From assembly GCA_037443105.1 (NCBI GenBank), contig JBBIOZ010000006.1, positions 1 to 35,976 on the forward strand: a stretch of DNA of 35,976 nucleotides, in the 5' to 3' direction. The notes beneath the pieces are model-generated. The model did no database searches. It was not told the DNA's origin and worked only from the letters and a program-made list of their open reading frames with translations. The stretch comes from Methanocellales archaeon (GTDB lineage Archaea; Halobacteriota; JAWCLZ01). The position numbers and the translations under genes are program-made. Each line of letters begins with the position of its first letter. Within the stretch, counting starts at the first letter, position 1. This document shows positions 16,356 to 24,017 of the stretch, one piece after another.

Positions 16356-18490
16356 TTCTTTCTCACGCTTATTATCTTACCTGCAAAAATTTTTTTCTTA
16401 GTTTGATCATGCAGTCTAAGTACAAGGCTGCCATCGTATTCAAGATCGATGATTTCGCCCTCTAAAATTTCCACTGGAGTCGATATCCTAGCTATTTTTC
16501 CAAATAGATAAGAAAGATTCATCCATTCGTGCAATATTGGCTTGAAGCCTTCTTTTTGAACAGTCAAATACTTTTCTTCAAGTTCTTCCAGCAATTTTTT
16601 TATCAATTCCTTTCTCGAAACTGGCTCTCCTAGTTCCTTCCTAAGTGAAGTTGCGGTTCGGCGCAGCCAGAGGGGAAACGATGCAATGTCCACATTTGCA
16701 TTTATCCCTATGCCAATTATGAGATATTTCAATTCATTTTGCTCCGTAACCGATTCAGCGAATATCCCAGCTATTTTCCTATCCTTGATCATTATATCAC
16801 TGGGCCATTTTATCTTCGCCTCTAAGCCGTAGAGTTTTTTAATTGCGCTAGCCACAGCCACGCTTGCTAGGAGGTTGAACTTTGGCGTTTCTGATGGAGG
16901 CAATTTCGGCATCAAAATCACACTAAGCCAGATTCCACCAAAGGGCGAGAGCCATACCTCGCCCATTTTAGCTCTGGCTCTATGCTGTGTTTCTGCAATA
17001 ACAGCCGTGCCCTCCCTCGCGCCTTTTTCAATGAGCTCTCTTGCTAGAAGATTTGTGGATAAAACATCCTCGTGGTAGTATAACTCCCGGCCGATAAATT
17101 TAGTATTAAGCTCACTTTTGATCTCATCAGGATTGATTTTCGGCACATTTAAAATTCTCCTTTGAATGAAATTAATATCAATATCGCCCTTCATAAAAGC
17201 CGGGTCGTGGATGATTGTTTTATGCAGCGGGAGAGTTGTATGTATGCCCTCTATGATGAATTCATCAAGTGCTCTTTTCATTCGCTCGATGGCTTCATCT
17301 CGATCCTTGCCCCATACTATTAATTTTGCCAGCAGTGAATCATAATAATGCGGGATGGTATAGCCAGAATATGCGCTTCCTCTATCCACTCTAACCCAAG
17401 GACCACCTGGTAACACATATTCAGTTATGGTGCCGAATGAAGGAGCGAAGTCTTTGCTTGGGTCTTCTGCGTTTATTCTGCATTCTAGGGAGTGGCCTTG
17501 AAGGTGCACATCTTCTTGATCAAAATCAAGTTCTTCTCCAGAAGCGATTTTTATCTGCTGCTTTACTAGATCTATTCCTGTTATCATCTCAGTCACAGGG
17601 TGCTCGACCTGTATTCTTGTGTTCATCTCAATGAAGTAAACATTCCTGTGCTGGTCCATCAAAAATTCCACAGTGCCAGCACTTCTATACCCAGCGTGTT
17701 TAACTCCTTGAACTGCAATTTTGCCAAGTCTCTCTCTAAGCTCAGGCGTCACAGCTGGGCTGGGAGCTTCTTCCAGCAGTTTTTGATGTCTCCTCTGGAT
17801 GGAGCACTCCCTCTCGCCTAGGTGAACTGTTTTACCATTATTATCCGCCAATATTTGAACTTCAATGTGCCTGGGGTTTTCCAGGTATTTCTCGATATAC
17901 AGGCTTCCATCGCCAAATGCTTTCTCCGCTGTCCTTTGAGCAGATTCAAGAGCTGGCTTAAGCTCTGGCTCGCATCTCACAATGCGCATGCCAATGCCGC
18001 CTCCACCAGCTGCAGCTTTTATTATCACAGGATAGCCAATCGCACTGGCTATATCCAAGGCTTCATCCAGATCTCTTACGCTATCCATGGCTCCAGGAAG
18101 CGCATTGGCGCCTGCTTTTGCCATCAGCTTCCTTGCCTCAAGTTTATTGCCCAGTTTCCTGATGTTTTCTGCACTGGGTCCGATGAAAATCAAGCCATTT
18201 TTCTGGCAAATCTCAGCGAAATCTGCGTTTTCCGCTAGAAATCCATATCCAGGATGGATCGCTTCTGCATTGACCCTCAAAGCGGTGTCGATCAGCACCT
18301 GCATATTAAGATAGCTTTCCTTCGGATGAGGCGGTCCGATGCAGTATGCTTCATCCGCATAGGTAACGTGAAGCGATTCTTTATCAGCCTCTGAATAAAC
18401 CGCGACGGTTTCGATTTCAAGCTCTTTGCAGGCTCGAATTACTCTGATTGCCACCTCCCCTCGATTGGCAATTAAAATTTTGTTGAACAT
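16352..18490 (-). CDS. biotin carboxylase (AccC/PycA-type ATP-grasp) fused to a C-terminal biotin-protein-ligase-like domain
   Basis: 712 aa. Residues 1 to about 445 carry NRGEVAIR, GGGGIGMRIV, ERECSIQRRHQKLLEEAP and EMNTRIQVEHPVTE. Residues about 455-712 align end to end with the adjacent BirA catalytic and C-terminal domains (SPFGGIWLSVIL, KIKWPSD, GIGINAN, LEELEEKYL), but the GxGRxGR loop reads ARAKMGE. Confidence 0.85.
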   Translation of the reverse strand: MFNKILIANRGEVAIRVIRACKELEIETVAVYSEADKESLHVTYADEAYCIGPPHPKESYLNMQVLIDTALRVNAEAIHPGYGFLAENADFAEICQKNGLIFIGPSAENIRKLGNKLEARKLMAKAGANALPGAMDSVRDLDEALDIASAIGYPVIIKAAAGGGGIGMRIVRCEPELKPALESAQRTAEKAFGDGSLYIEKYLENPRHIEVQILADNNGKTVHLGERECSIQRRHQKLLEEAPSPAVTPELRERLGKIAVQGVKHAGYRSAGTVEFLMDQHRNVYFIEMNTRIQVEHPVTEMITGIDLVKQQIKIASGEELDFDQEDVHLQGHSLECRINAEDPSKDFAPSFGTITEYVLPGGPWVRVDRGSAYSGYTIPHYYDSLLAKLIVWGKDRDEAIERMKRALDEFIIEGIHTTLPLHKTIIHDPAFMKGDIDINFIQRRILNVPKINPDEIKSELNTKFIGRELYYHEDVLSTNLLARELIEKGAREGTAVIAETQHRARAKMGEVWLSPFGGIWLSVILMPKLPPSETPKFNLLASVAVASAIKKLYGLEAKIKWPSDIMIKDRKIAGIFAESVTEQNELKYLIIGIGINANVDIASFPLWLRRTATSLRKELGEPVSRKELIKKLLEELEEKYLTVQKEGFKPILHEWMNLSYLFGKIARISTPVEILEGEIIDLEYDGSLVLRLHDQTKKKIFAGKIISVRKK

Positions 18491-18514
18491 TCATTTGATT
18501 AATGAGTGGAATTA

Positions 18515-18530
18515 CCAAAAATATTTTTGG
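18515..18530. promoter_or_regulatory. perfect 16-bp palindrome CCAAAAATATTTTTGG in the 60-bp gap upstream of the biotin carboxylase-BPL gene (TATA-like element and/or operator)
   Basis: Exact palindrome read directly from the sequence. Its centre lies about 32 nt upstream of the ATG at 18490 on the minus strand. Confidence 0.3.
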
Positions 18531-18550
18531 ATGGCCTTTTGATAAATTAG

Positions 18551-18970
18551 CTATTCTATAACTGCAAGTAAAGTATTGGGGCTAACCGTCTGGCCAACAG
18601 TTACGTGCACAGCCTTAACAACTCCAGCTCTATGGGAGCGAACATCGTTTTCCATCTTCATCGCTTCAATTATTGCAATAACATCGCCTTTTTTCACAAC
18701 ATCTCCAGCCTTAACCCTTACTTGCACCACCGTGCCCTGCATTGGGCTGAGAATTCCTCCATCGGTTTCTTCAGCTTTTTCTAGGATGGGCTTTGTCTCT
18801 ATTTTGGGAGGCTCTATCTTGGTCTCTATCTTGAGCGGCTCTATTTTGGGAGGCTCTAGCTTCAGGACTTCAGCTGGTCGCGGTGAGGCGGCAGGTGAAG
18901 CGCCCTCTTTGATCTCCTCAACCTTAACTTCGTAGACTTTGCCATTGACCTCTATTCTATATCTCTTCAT
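18551..18970 (-). CDS. biotin carboxyl carrier protein (GcdC/MmdC-type BCCP)
   Basis: The C-terminal biotinyl domain carries EAMKMEN, the biotinyl-lysine motif. The N-terminal module is MKRYRIEVNGKVYEVKVEEI. The linker is a repetitive (K)IEPPKIETK Pro-rich stretch. The ORF track extends to 18979 (MHG-MKRY). Confidence 0.85.
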   Translation of the reverse strand: MKRYRIEVNGKVYEVKVEEIKEGASPAASPRPAEVLKLEPPKIEPLKIETKIEPPKIETKPILEKAEETDGGILSPMQGTVVQVRVKAGDVVKKGDVIAIIEAMKMENDVRSHRAGVVKAVHVTVGQTVSPNTLLAVIE

Positions 18971-19268
18971 CCCATGCACCCTGCCTCATAAGCTCTTGCC
19001 TGCCGGTCAGGCTCCAGCTTGAAGTCGCTGCCTTTCCCCTCAGCATTTTTCTATCCCTCGTCAGAGGACTCATTAAATCGCGCCTACCGGCTAAGCTCCA
19101 TTTACTTATCTTTGGTGGAGGCGCTATGGCAATTTCCTCACTCTCGAGGTATGCTGAAATTGCCGCTGCAATGACTGCAATTTGCGCTTCCATCTCTTCC
19201 TTTATTTCTTCTATCTTCACCTCGTGAATTTTTCCATTTATCTCTACTCTGAATCTCCGCATTCTCAA
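18957..19268 (-). CDS. small carboxylase-associated protein; paralogue of the BCCP N-terminal module without a biotinyl domain
   Basis: 103 aa. MRRFRVEINGKIHEVKIEEI mirrors the BCCP N-terminus. It is followed by an AVIAAAISAYL helix and a duplicated WSL[AT]GR[RQ][DE]LM motif. It sits between the carboxyltransferase and BCCP genes and overlaps the BCCP start. Confidence 0.55.
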   Translation of the reverse strand: MRMRRFRVEINGKIHEVKIEEIKEEMEAQIAVIAAAISAYLESEEIAIAPPPKISKWSLAGRRDLMSPLTRDRKMLRGKAATSSWSLTGRQELMRQGAWDEEI

Positions 19269-19270
19269 CC

Positions 19271-20833
19271 CTACTGAGGCATATTGCTATGTTTCTTCCT
19301 AGGTCTATCCTCTCGCTTTGTTGCCAGTATTCTTAGAGCACTTATCAGCACAGGTCTGGTATCCTGAGGCTCAATGACGCCATCGATGTAGAGCTTTGAA
19401 GCTGCGTCATATGGGTTTGCGAATTTCTTTTTATAGTCCTCAATGAGTTTTTCCCTCAATGCCTCTGGATCTTTAGCTGCAGCTATTTCCTTTGCAAAAA
19501 CAACATCAACAGCTCCATCTGGACCCATAACTGCGATTTCGGCGGTTGGATATGCAAATACGAAGTCCGCGCCTAAGTCTTTGCTGCACATAGCGAGATA
19601 GCTGCCGCCATAGGCCTTTCTCAGCACCAGTGTAATTTTTGGCACCGTGGCCTCTGAGTAAGCGAAGAGCATTTTCGCTCCATGCCTAATAATGCCAAGA
19701 TATTCCTGCTGCACGCCTGGGAGATAACCCGGGACATCCACGAATTGAATGAGCGGTATGTTAAAGCAATCGCAAAATCTTATGAATCTCGAGCCTTTAT
19801 CAGAGGAATCTACGTCTAAAGAGCCAGCTAAAACTTTAGGCTGATTCGCAACGATTCCAACAGGTCTGCCATCTAAGCGGGCAAAACCTACTACTATATT
19901 CCTCGCAAAGTTCTCTTTGATTTCGAAGAAGTATCCATCGTCCACAACTCTCCTTATCACATCTCTAACATCATAGGACTTCTTGGGATTAACAGGCACG
20001 ATTTCATTCAAAGTTGGATCACGTCTGTCCCAAGGGTCACTTGTGGGCTTGATTGGCGGGTCTTCCAGATTATTTGAAGGTAGAAAACTTAGAAGTTCTT
20101 TTATCAATTGAAGACAATGCTCATCATTAACTGCCACTAAATCGCAGAGCCCGCTTTTAGTAGCATGTACAGTTGCACCCCCAAGTGTTTCCGAGGTGAC
20201 ATCCTCGCCGGTTACTGCCTTTATGACTTTTGGACCTGTGATATGGGCATAGCTGAATTTATCAACCATTATGGTGAAATCCTGCAATGCAGGAGAATAG
20301 ACTGCTCCTCCTGCGCAGGGTCCCATTAATGCAGCTATCTGCGGTATAACTCCAGAGTAAATCGAGTTCCTATAGAAAATCTGCCCATAACCAGCGAGGG
20401 CATCCACTCCCTCTTGAACCCTAGCGCCAGCAGAATCGCATAATCCAATCACAGGTGCTCCTATTTTTGCAGCAAGATCCATTACATCGCAGATTTTCTT
20501 GGCATGCGCTAGTCCAAGCGAGCCTCCTATCACTGTGAAATCTTGAGCGAATACGCAAACAACGCGGCCATCGATTGTACCGTAGCCAGTTATAACCGCA
20601 TCTGCTGGTGCCTCTCTTTTTTCCATACCAAAATCAAAGCACCGATGCCTAACAAGAGCCTCGAGCTCCACAAAGCTACCCGGGTCTAAAAGCTTTTCAA
20701 TTCTCTCCCTCGCTGTAAGTCTTCCCCCCTTCTTCTGTTTCTCAATTTTCTCTGGACCGCCTGCAGCTCTTACACTCTCCAGCCTCTTTCTAAGATCAAG
20801 TATCAGTGCTTGCATTTCCTCAGCGTTGGTCAT
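19271..20833 (-). CDS. acyl-CoA carboxylase carboxyltransferase subunit (PccB/MmdA family: propionyl-/acetyl-CoA carboxylase beta or methylmalonyl-CoA decarboxylase alpha)
   Basis: 520 aa two-domain crotonase-fold carboxyltransferase. Recognisable segments are RERIEKLLDPGSF.E, ITGYGTIDGR, VFAQDFTVIGGSLG, MGPCAGGAVYSPAL and RKAYGGSYLAM. Confidence 0.9.
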   Translation of the reverse strand: MTNAEEMQALILDLRKRLESVRAAGGPEKIEKQKKGGRLTARERIEKLLDPGSFVELEALVRHRCFDFGMEKREAPADAVITGYGTIDGRVVCVFAQDFTVIGGSLGLAHAKKICDVMDLAAKIGAPVIGLCDSAGARVQEGVDALAGYGQIFYRNSIYSGVIPQIAALMGPCAGGAVYSPALQDFTIMVDKFSYAHITGPKVIKAVTGEDVTSETLGGATVHATKSGLCDLVAVNDEHCLQLIKELLSFLPSNNLEDPPIKPTSDPWDRRDPTLNEIVPVNPKKSYDVRDVIRRVVDDGYFFEIKENFARNIVVGFARLDGRPVGIVANQPKVLAGSLDVDSSDKGSRFIRFCDCFNIPLIQFVDVPGYLPGVQQEYLGIIRHGAKMLFAYSEATVPKITLVLRKAYGGSYLAMCSKDLGADFVFAYPTAEIAVMGPDGAVDVVFAKEIAAAKDPEALREKLIEDYKKKFANPYDAASKLYIDGVIEPQDTRPVLISALRILATKREDRPRKKHSNMPQ

Positions 20834-20937
20834 TCTTCACCACGACCTTTCTCTTTTTACTCCTTTCTATTATATAATTTATATCAATTTTGTTTAATGA
20901 CATTCGATATCAATTTTCTCTACTAAAATGCCAAAAG

Positions 20938-20981
20938 AGTTATAGCTTTCTCAGCCATTAGTTATAGCTTTCTCAGCCATT
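20938..20981. repeat. perfect 22-bp tandem duplication (AGTTATAGCTTTCTCAGCCATT x2) spanning the stop codon of the PHP gene
   Basis: Copy 1 is at 20938-20959 and copy 2 at 20960-20981. The two are identical and directly adjacent. Confidence 0.95.
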
Positions 20982-21591
20982 GTTTGAAGAGCAAACTAAA
21001 CGGGATTTTTTTACTCGCAATTTTAGTCTCCCTAGCTTTTATAGCTTGAAACACGCTTTTCTGGCTTAGCTCGCAATCTATTTCTGTAATTGCATAGCCA
21101 ATGAACTCAGCGCTGTGAGCATCGCTACCTGCGATCATGGGCAGCGAATGTTTTACTGCAATTCGCTCAGCAAACTTTGTATTTGCAAATGGTTTTGGGT
21201 TAAATTCAATGGCATCTATGTCAAGGCTGTTTAGGTCTCTCAAGCTATTGCGAAATAGAGCACGCGGATGAGGTGCAACGATCAAACCTTTCATTTTTCG
21301 CGCAATTCTTATTGTTTCATCCACTGCGAGCTTAGGAGGTATGGCTTCTCTAATACCAAGTACAATCAAATGTCCCTCCTTAGTTGAAACCTCTATTCCT
21401 GGGATTACCAAGATGGATAGATTTTGCTTCTCCACGATTTCCATTGCCTCAATTGCACCACTCAAGGTATCGTGATCGGTGATAGCGATACCGTTGAGAC
21501 CGCGGCTTATGGCTTGCTTTAAAATTTTTTCAACTGAGTCAATGCCATCCCTAGAGTGATTTGAGTGCACGTGAAAGTCAAATTTAAGCAT
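20962..21591 (-). CDS. PHP-domain metal-dependent phosphoesterase
   Basis: 209 aa with an N-terminal FDFHVHSNHSRDG motif, ITDHDT and a distal GSDAHS motif. Confidence 0.8.
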   Translation of the reverse strand: MLKFDFHVHSNHSRDGIDSVEKILKQAISRGLNGIAITDHDTLSGAIEAMEIVEKQNLSILVIPGIEVSTKEGHLIVLGIREAIPPKLAVDETIRIARKMKGLIVAPHPRALFRNSLRDLNSLDIDAIEFNPKPFANTKFAERIAVKHSLPMIAGSDAHSAEFIGYAITEIDCELSQKSVFQAIKARETKIASKKIPFSLLFKQWLRKL

Positions 21592-21747
21592 TTATATTCT
21601 AACTTCCATTTCATTCTTATGCTTATAAGGGGCTGAAATTTTCTCTTCCTCGGCTTTATTCTAACTTCGCGCAATTAGTTTTCGCGAATATCGATATTGC
21701 ATCTTATGGCAATGATTATATACAATTTTCCTAGCATAACCTTAACT

Positions 21748-23223
21748 ATGAATATTTTAATAGTAACTGGTCGCAAAGCCTCAAATATCGTTAGAAAAGC
21801 TATTGAGGGATTAAGAGACGTGGATATGCAGGTTTTGAATTTAGATATAGCGGCTTTCACCACACCAAAACTTTTGAGAGATACACTTCTTAACTTAAAG
21901 CAAAAATTCGACCTCGTCTTGGTTTCCGGTTTATGCGGTGGAGATTTTTCAAAGCTGGAGAAGGAGTTCAACGTTAAAATACGACTCGGGCCTAAGCACG
22001 CCTCGGATCTGGGATTGATCTTGAAATATGTGGATAAAATTGAGCTTTCAAGCAAAATTCCAGCCTGCCTGCTCTTGGCTGAACTAATTAGAAAAGATGC
22101 TCTTCAAAAGGTTCAAGCGCTGGAGAAAAATGCAGAGTATGAGTTCTTGATTAAAAATCTGAAGATAGGCGGCGGTTCGAGAATGAAGGTGCTCGCTGAG
22201 ATCGTTGATGCCACGCGCTTGGAAAGGGAAGCATTGCTCAGGAGAGCAGAATATTACATCAGTGAAGGCGCAGATATCATTGATTTAGGGGTGCATTTAG
22301 ATGCTGAAGTAGAAGATGTGGAGAGGGTAGTTAAGATATTGAAGCCGCTTGATCTTCCACTGAGTGTAGATACCCTAGATGGAGAATTGATAAAAGCAGG
22401 CGTTGAAGCTGGTGCTGATCTGGTATTGAGCTTGAACTCTGCGAATCTGGAAATAGCAGGGGAGGCGGTTGCAAATCGCGATGCAGCGGCTGTAGTAATT
22501 CCAGATGGCGAAGATCTAAGCAGCCTTTTCAGAAATATTGAAAGAGCTAAAGCAATTGGAATCAAAAAGGTAATTGCGGATCCCATTCTTAATCCAGTTG
22601 CACAGGGCTTTATGAAGAGTTTGATCCGGTATCATGGATTCAGAGAGCTTGATCGCAGAACACCTCTCTTATTTGGAGTGGGCAATGTTGCTGAATTGAT
22701 AGACGCTGATTCGCAGGGAGTTCACGCTGTTCTAGCTGGACTTGCACTGGAATTGAATGCAAGTATCCTCTTCACCCCTGAGCACAGTCAAAAGACAAGG
22801 GGCAGCGTGAGAGAACTTAAAACTGCCAGTGAAATGATGTTTCTAGCGAGGGATAGGCAAACAGTTCCCAAGGACTTGGGGATAGATCTGCTGAGTATAA
22901 AAGAGAAGAGAGCTCGCCCGAGTTTGATGGAATTAAGCGGGCAGGAGATAATAATAAATGCAGAGAAATCAAAGAGTTGGAGGCTGGATCCAAAAGGCTG
23001 CTTCAAAATTGGCATAGTCAAGCTAAATGGCGAGGAAGTTATTTTAGCGCTGCATGAAAACATTGGAATAAAGGGCAAAAAAGCAAAGGAGATCTTGGAT
23101 ACCATTTTAAAGCACGATTTAGTTTCAAGCTTGGAGCACGCAGCTTATCTGGGGCGAGAGCTTATGAAAGCAGAACTTGCTCTGAGGTTCAGAAGGAGCT
23201 ATGTGCAGGATGATGAGTTTTAA
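21748..23223 (+). CDS. dihydropteroate synthase-like protein (archaeal methanopterin-biosynthesis type, pterin-binding domain + C-terminal DUF4346-like domain)
   Basis: The central pterin-binding barrel carries EGADIIDLG and LSVDT. Length and three-domain layout match the MJ0301-type archaeal DHPS-like enzymes as far as I recall them. The likely start is MNILIVTG at 21748 rather than the ORF-track 21697. Confidence 0.7.
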   Translation: MNILIVTGRKASNIVRKAIEGLRDVDMQVLNLDIAAFTTPKLLRDTLLNLKQKFDLVLVSGLCGGDFSKLEKEFNVKIRLGPKHASDLGLILKYVDKIELSSKIPACLLLAELIRKDALQKVQALEKNAEYEFLIKNLKIGGGSRMKVLAEIVDATRLEREALLRRAEYYISEGADIIDLGVHLDAEVEDVERVVKILKPLDLPLSVDTLDGELIKAGVEAGADLVLSLNSANLEIAGEAVANRDAAAVVIPDGEDLSSLFRNIERAKAIGIKKVIADPILNPVAQGFMKSLIRYHGFRELDRRTPLLFGVGNVAELIDADSQGVHAVLAGLALELNASILFTPEHSQKTRGSVRELKTASEMMFLARDRQTVPKDLGIDLLSIKEKRARPSLMELSGQEIIINAEKSKSWRLDPKGCFKIGIVKLNGEEVILALHENIGIKGKKAKEILDTILKHDLVSSLEHAAYLGRELMKAELALRFRRSYVQDDEF

Positions 23224-23225
23224 GC

Positions 23226-24017
23226 TCATTTTTTCTCTTTCATAAAAACCATTATATATTCATGCTTGAATATATAGAAGCCTGCTTTTAATGCGCGATA
23301 TCGCCAGAGATTATTCGCCAAGCCCTTGCCTCTTTCATTGCCGGTTATATTTTTTACAATTATGCTCTTGAGTTTGAACCCAAAATTTAGAACTTCGTTC
23401 ATCGCCAGAAAACCTAATGGCACCCATTCGCCTTTTTGATACTTATCACCTATCACCAGAACTAGGAAGCGCTTAGGATCGAGCAGTGGAATAGTATTGT
23501 TAAGCACCTCTCGGAACATATTGAGATATTCTTCAACGCTTGAAGCATTGGATAGATCTCTTTTATCGCTGCTGAATTTTATCACATCGTGATAGGGCGG
23601 GTGCAGAATTAGAAGCTGCACGCTTTCAACACCAGCTTTTTTCTTAATATTTATTTTCCTACTATCGCCAGTCAAGATCTTTATATTTGCATTGCTTCCA
23701 GAGATTCTTTGCTGCATTTTAACCCTAGCTCTTGCAATTCTAGCTATATCTGCATTCAGCTCGATTCCAATGCCATTTCTACCTAGGCGAACGCATTCAA
23801 TCAAGGTTGTACCAAGCCCAAGGAATGCATCTAGAACAGTTTCCCCAGCTCTGGTATAGCGAAGCAGCATTTGATTTGGAATTTGCGGAATGAAGTTCCC
23901 CCAGTATTCCCCCGAATGTGCATCGCTTGAATCACGCTTGTTAATTATCCACAAGCTATCGGTGAGGATATTTGAATATTGCTTCCAATGTTTTAAATCA
24001 AGGTCATTTATCCTCAT
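23226..24017 (-). CDS. SAM-dependent N6/N4-type methyltransferase (DNA methylase N-4/N-6 family-like, motif I before motif IV), no adjacent restriction gene
   Basis: 263 aa. The AdoMet motif is VLDAFLGLGTT, followed by LGRNGIGIELN. The catalytic (D/N/S/H)PPY-type motif is LILHPPY. The HEYIMVF string is typical of PF01555-like methylases. There is a 4-nt overlap with the aIF2-beta stop. Confidence 0.65.
   Translation of the reverse strand: MRINDLDLKHWKQYSNILTDSLWIINKRDSSDAHSGEYWGNFIPQIPNQMLLRYTRAGETVLDAFLGLGTTLIECVRLGRNGIGIELNADIARIARARVKMQQRISGSNANIKILTGDSRKINIKKKAGVESVQLLILHPPYHDVIKFSSDKRDLSNASSVEEYLNMFREVLNNTIPLLDPKRFLVLVIGDKYQKGEWVPLGFLAMNEVLNFGFKLKSIIVKNITGNERGKGLANNLWRYRALKAGFYIFKHEYIMVFMKEKK

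Noticed and set aside
21675-22055. 126-aa minus-strand ORF overlapping the 5' end of the DHPS-like gene
   Set aside because: Antisense to a conserved coding region. It would collide with the divergent promoter region, and no motifs are present.
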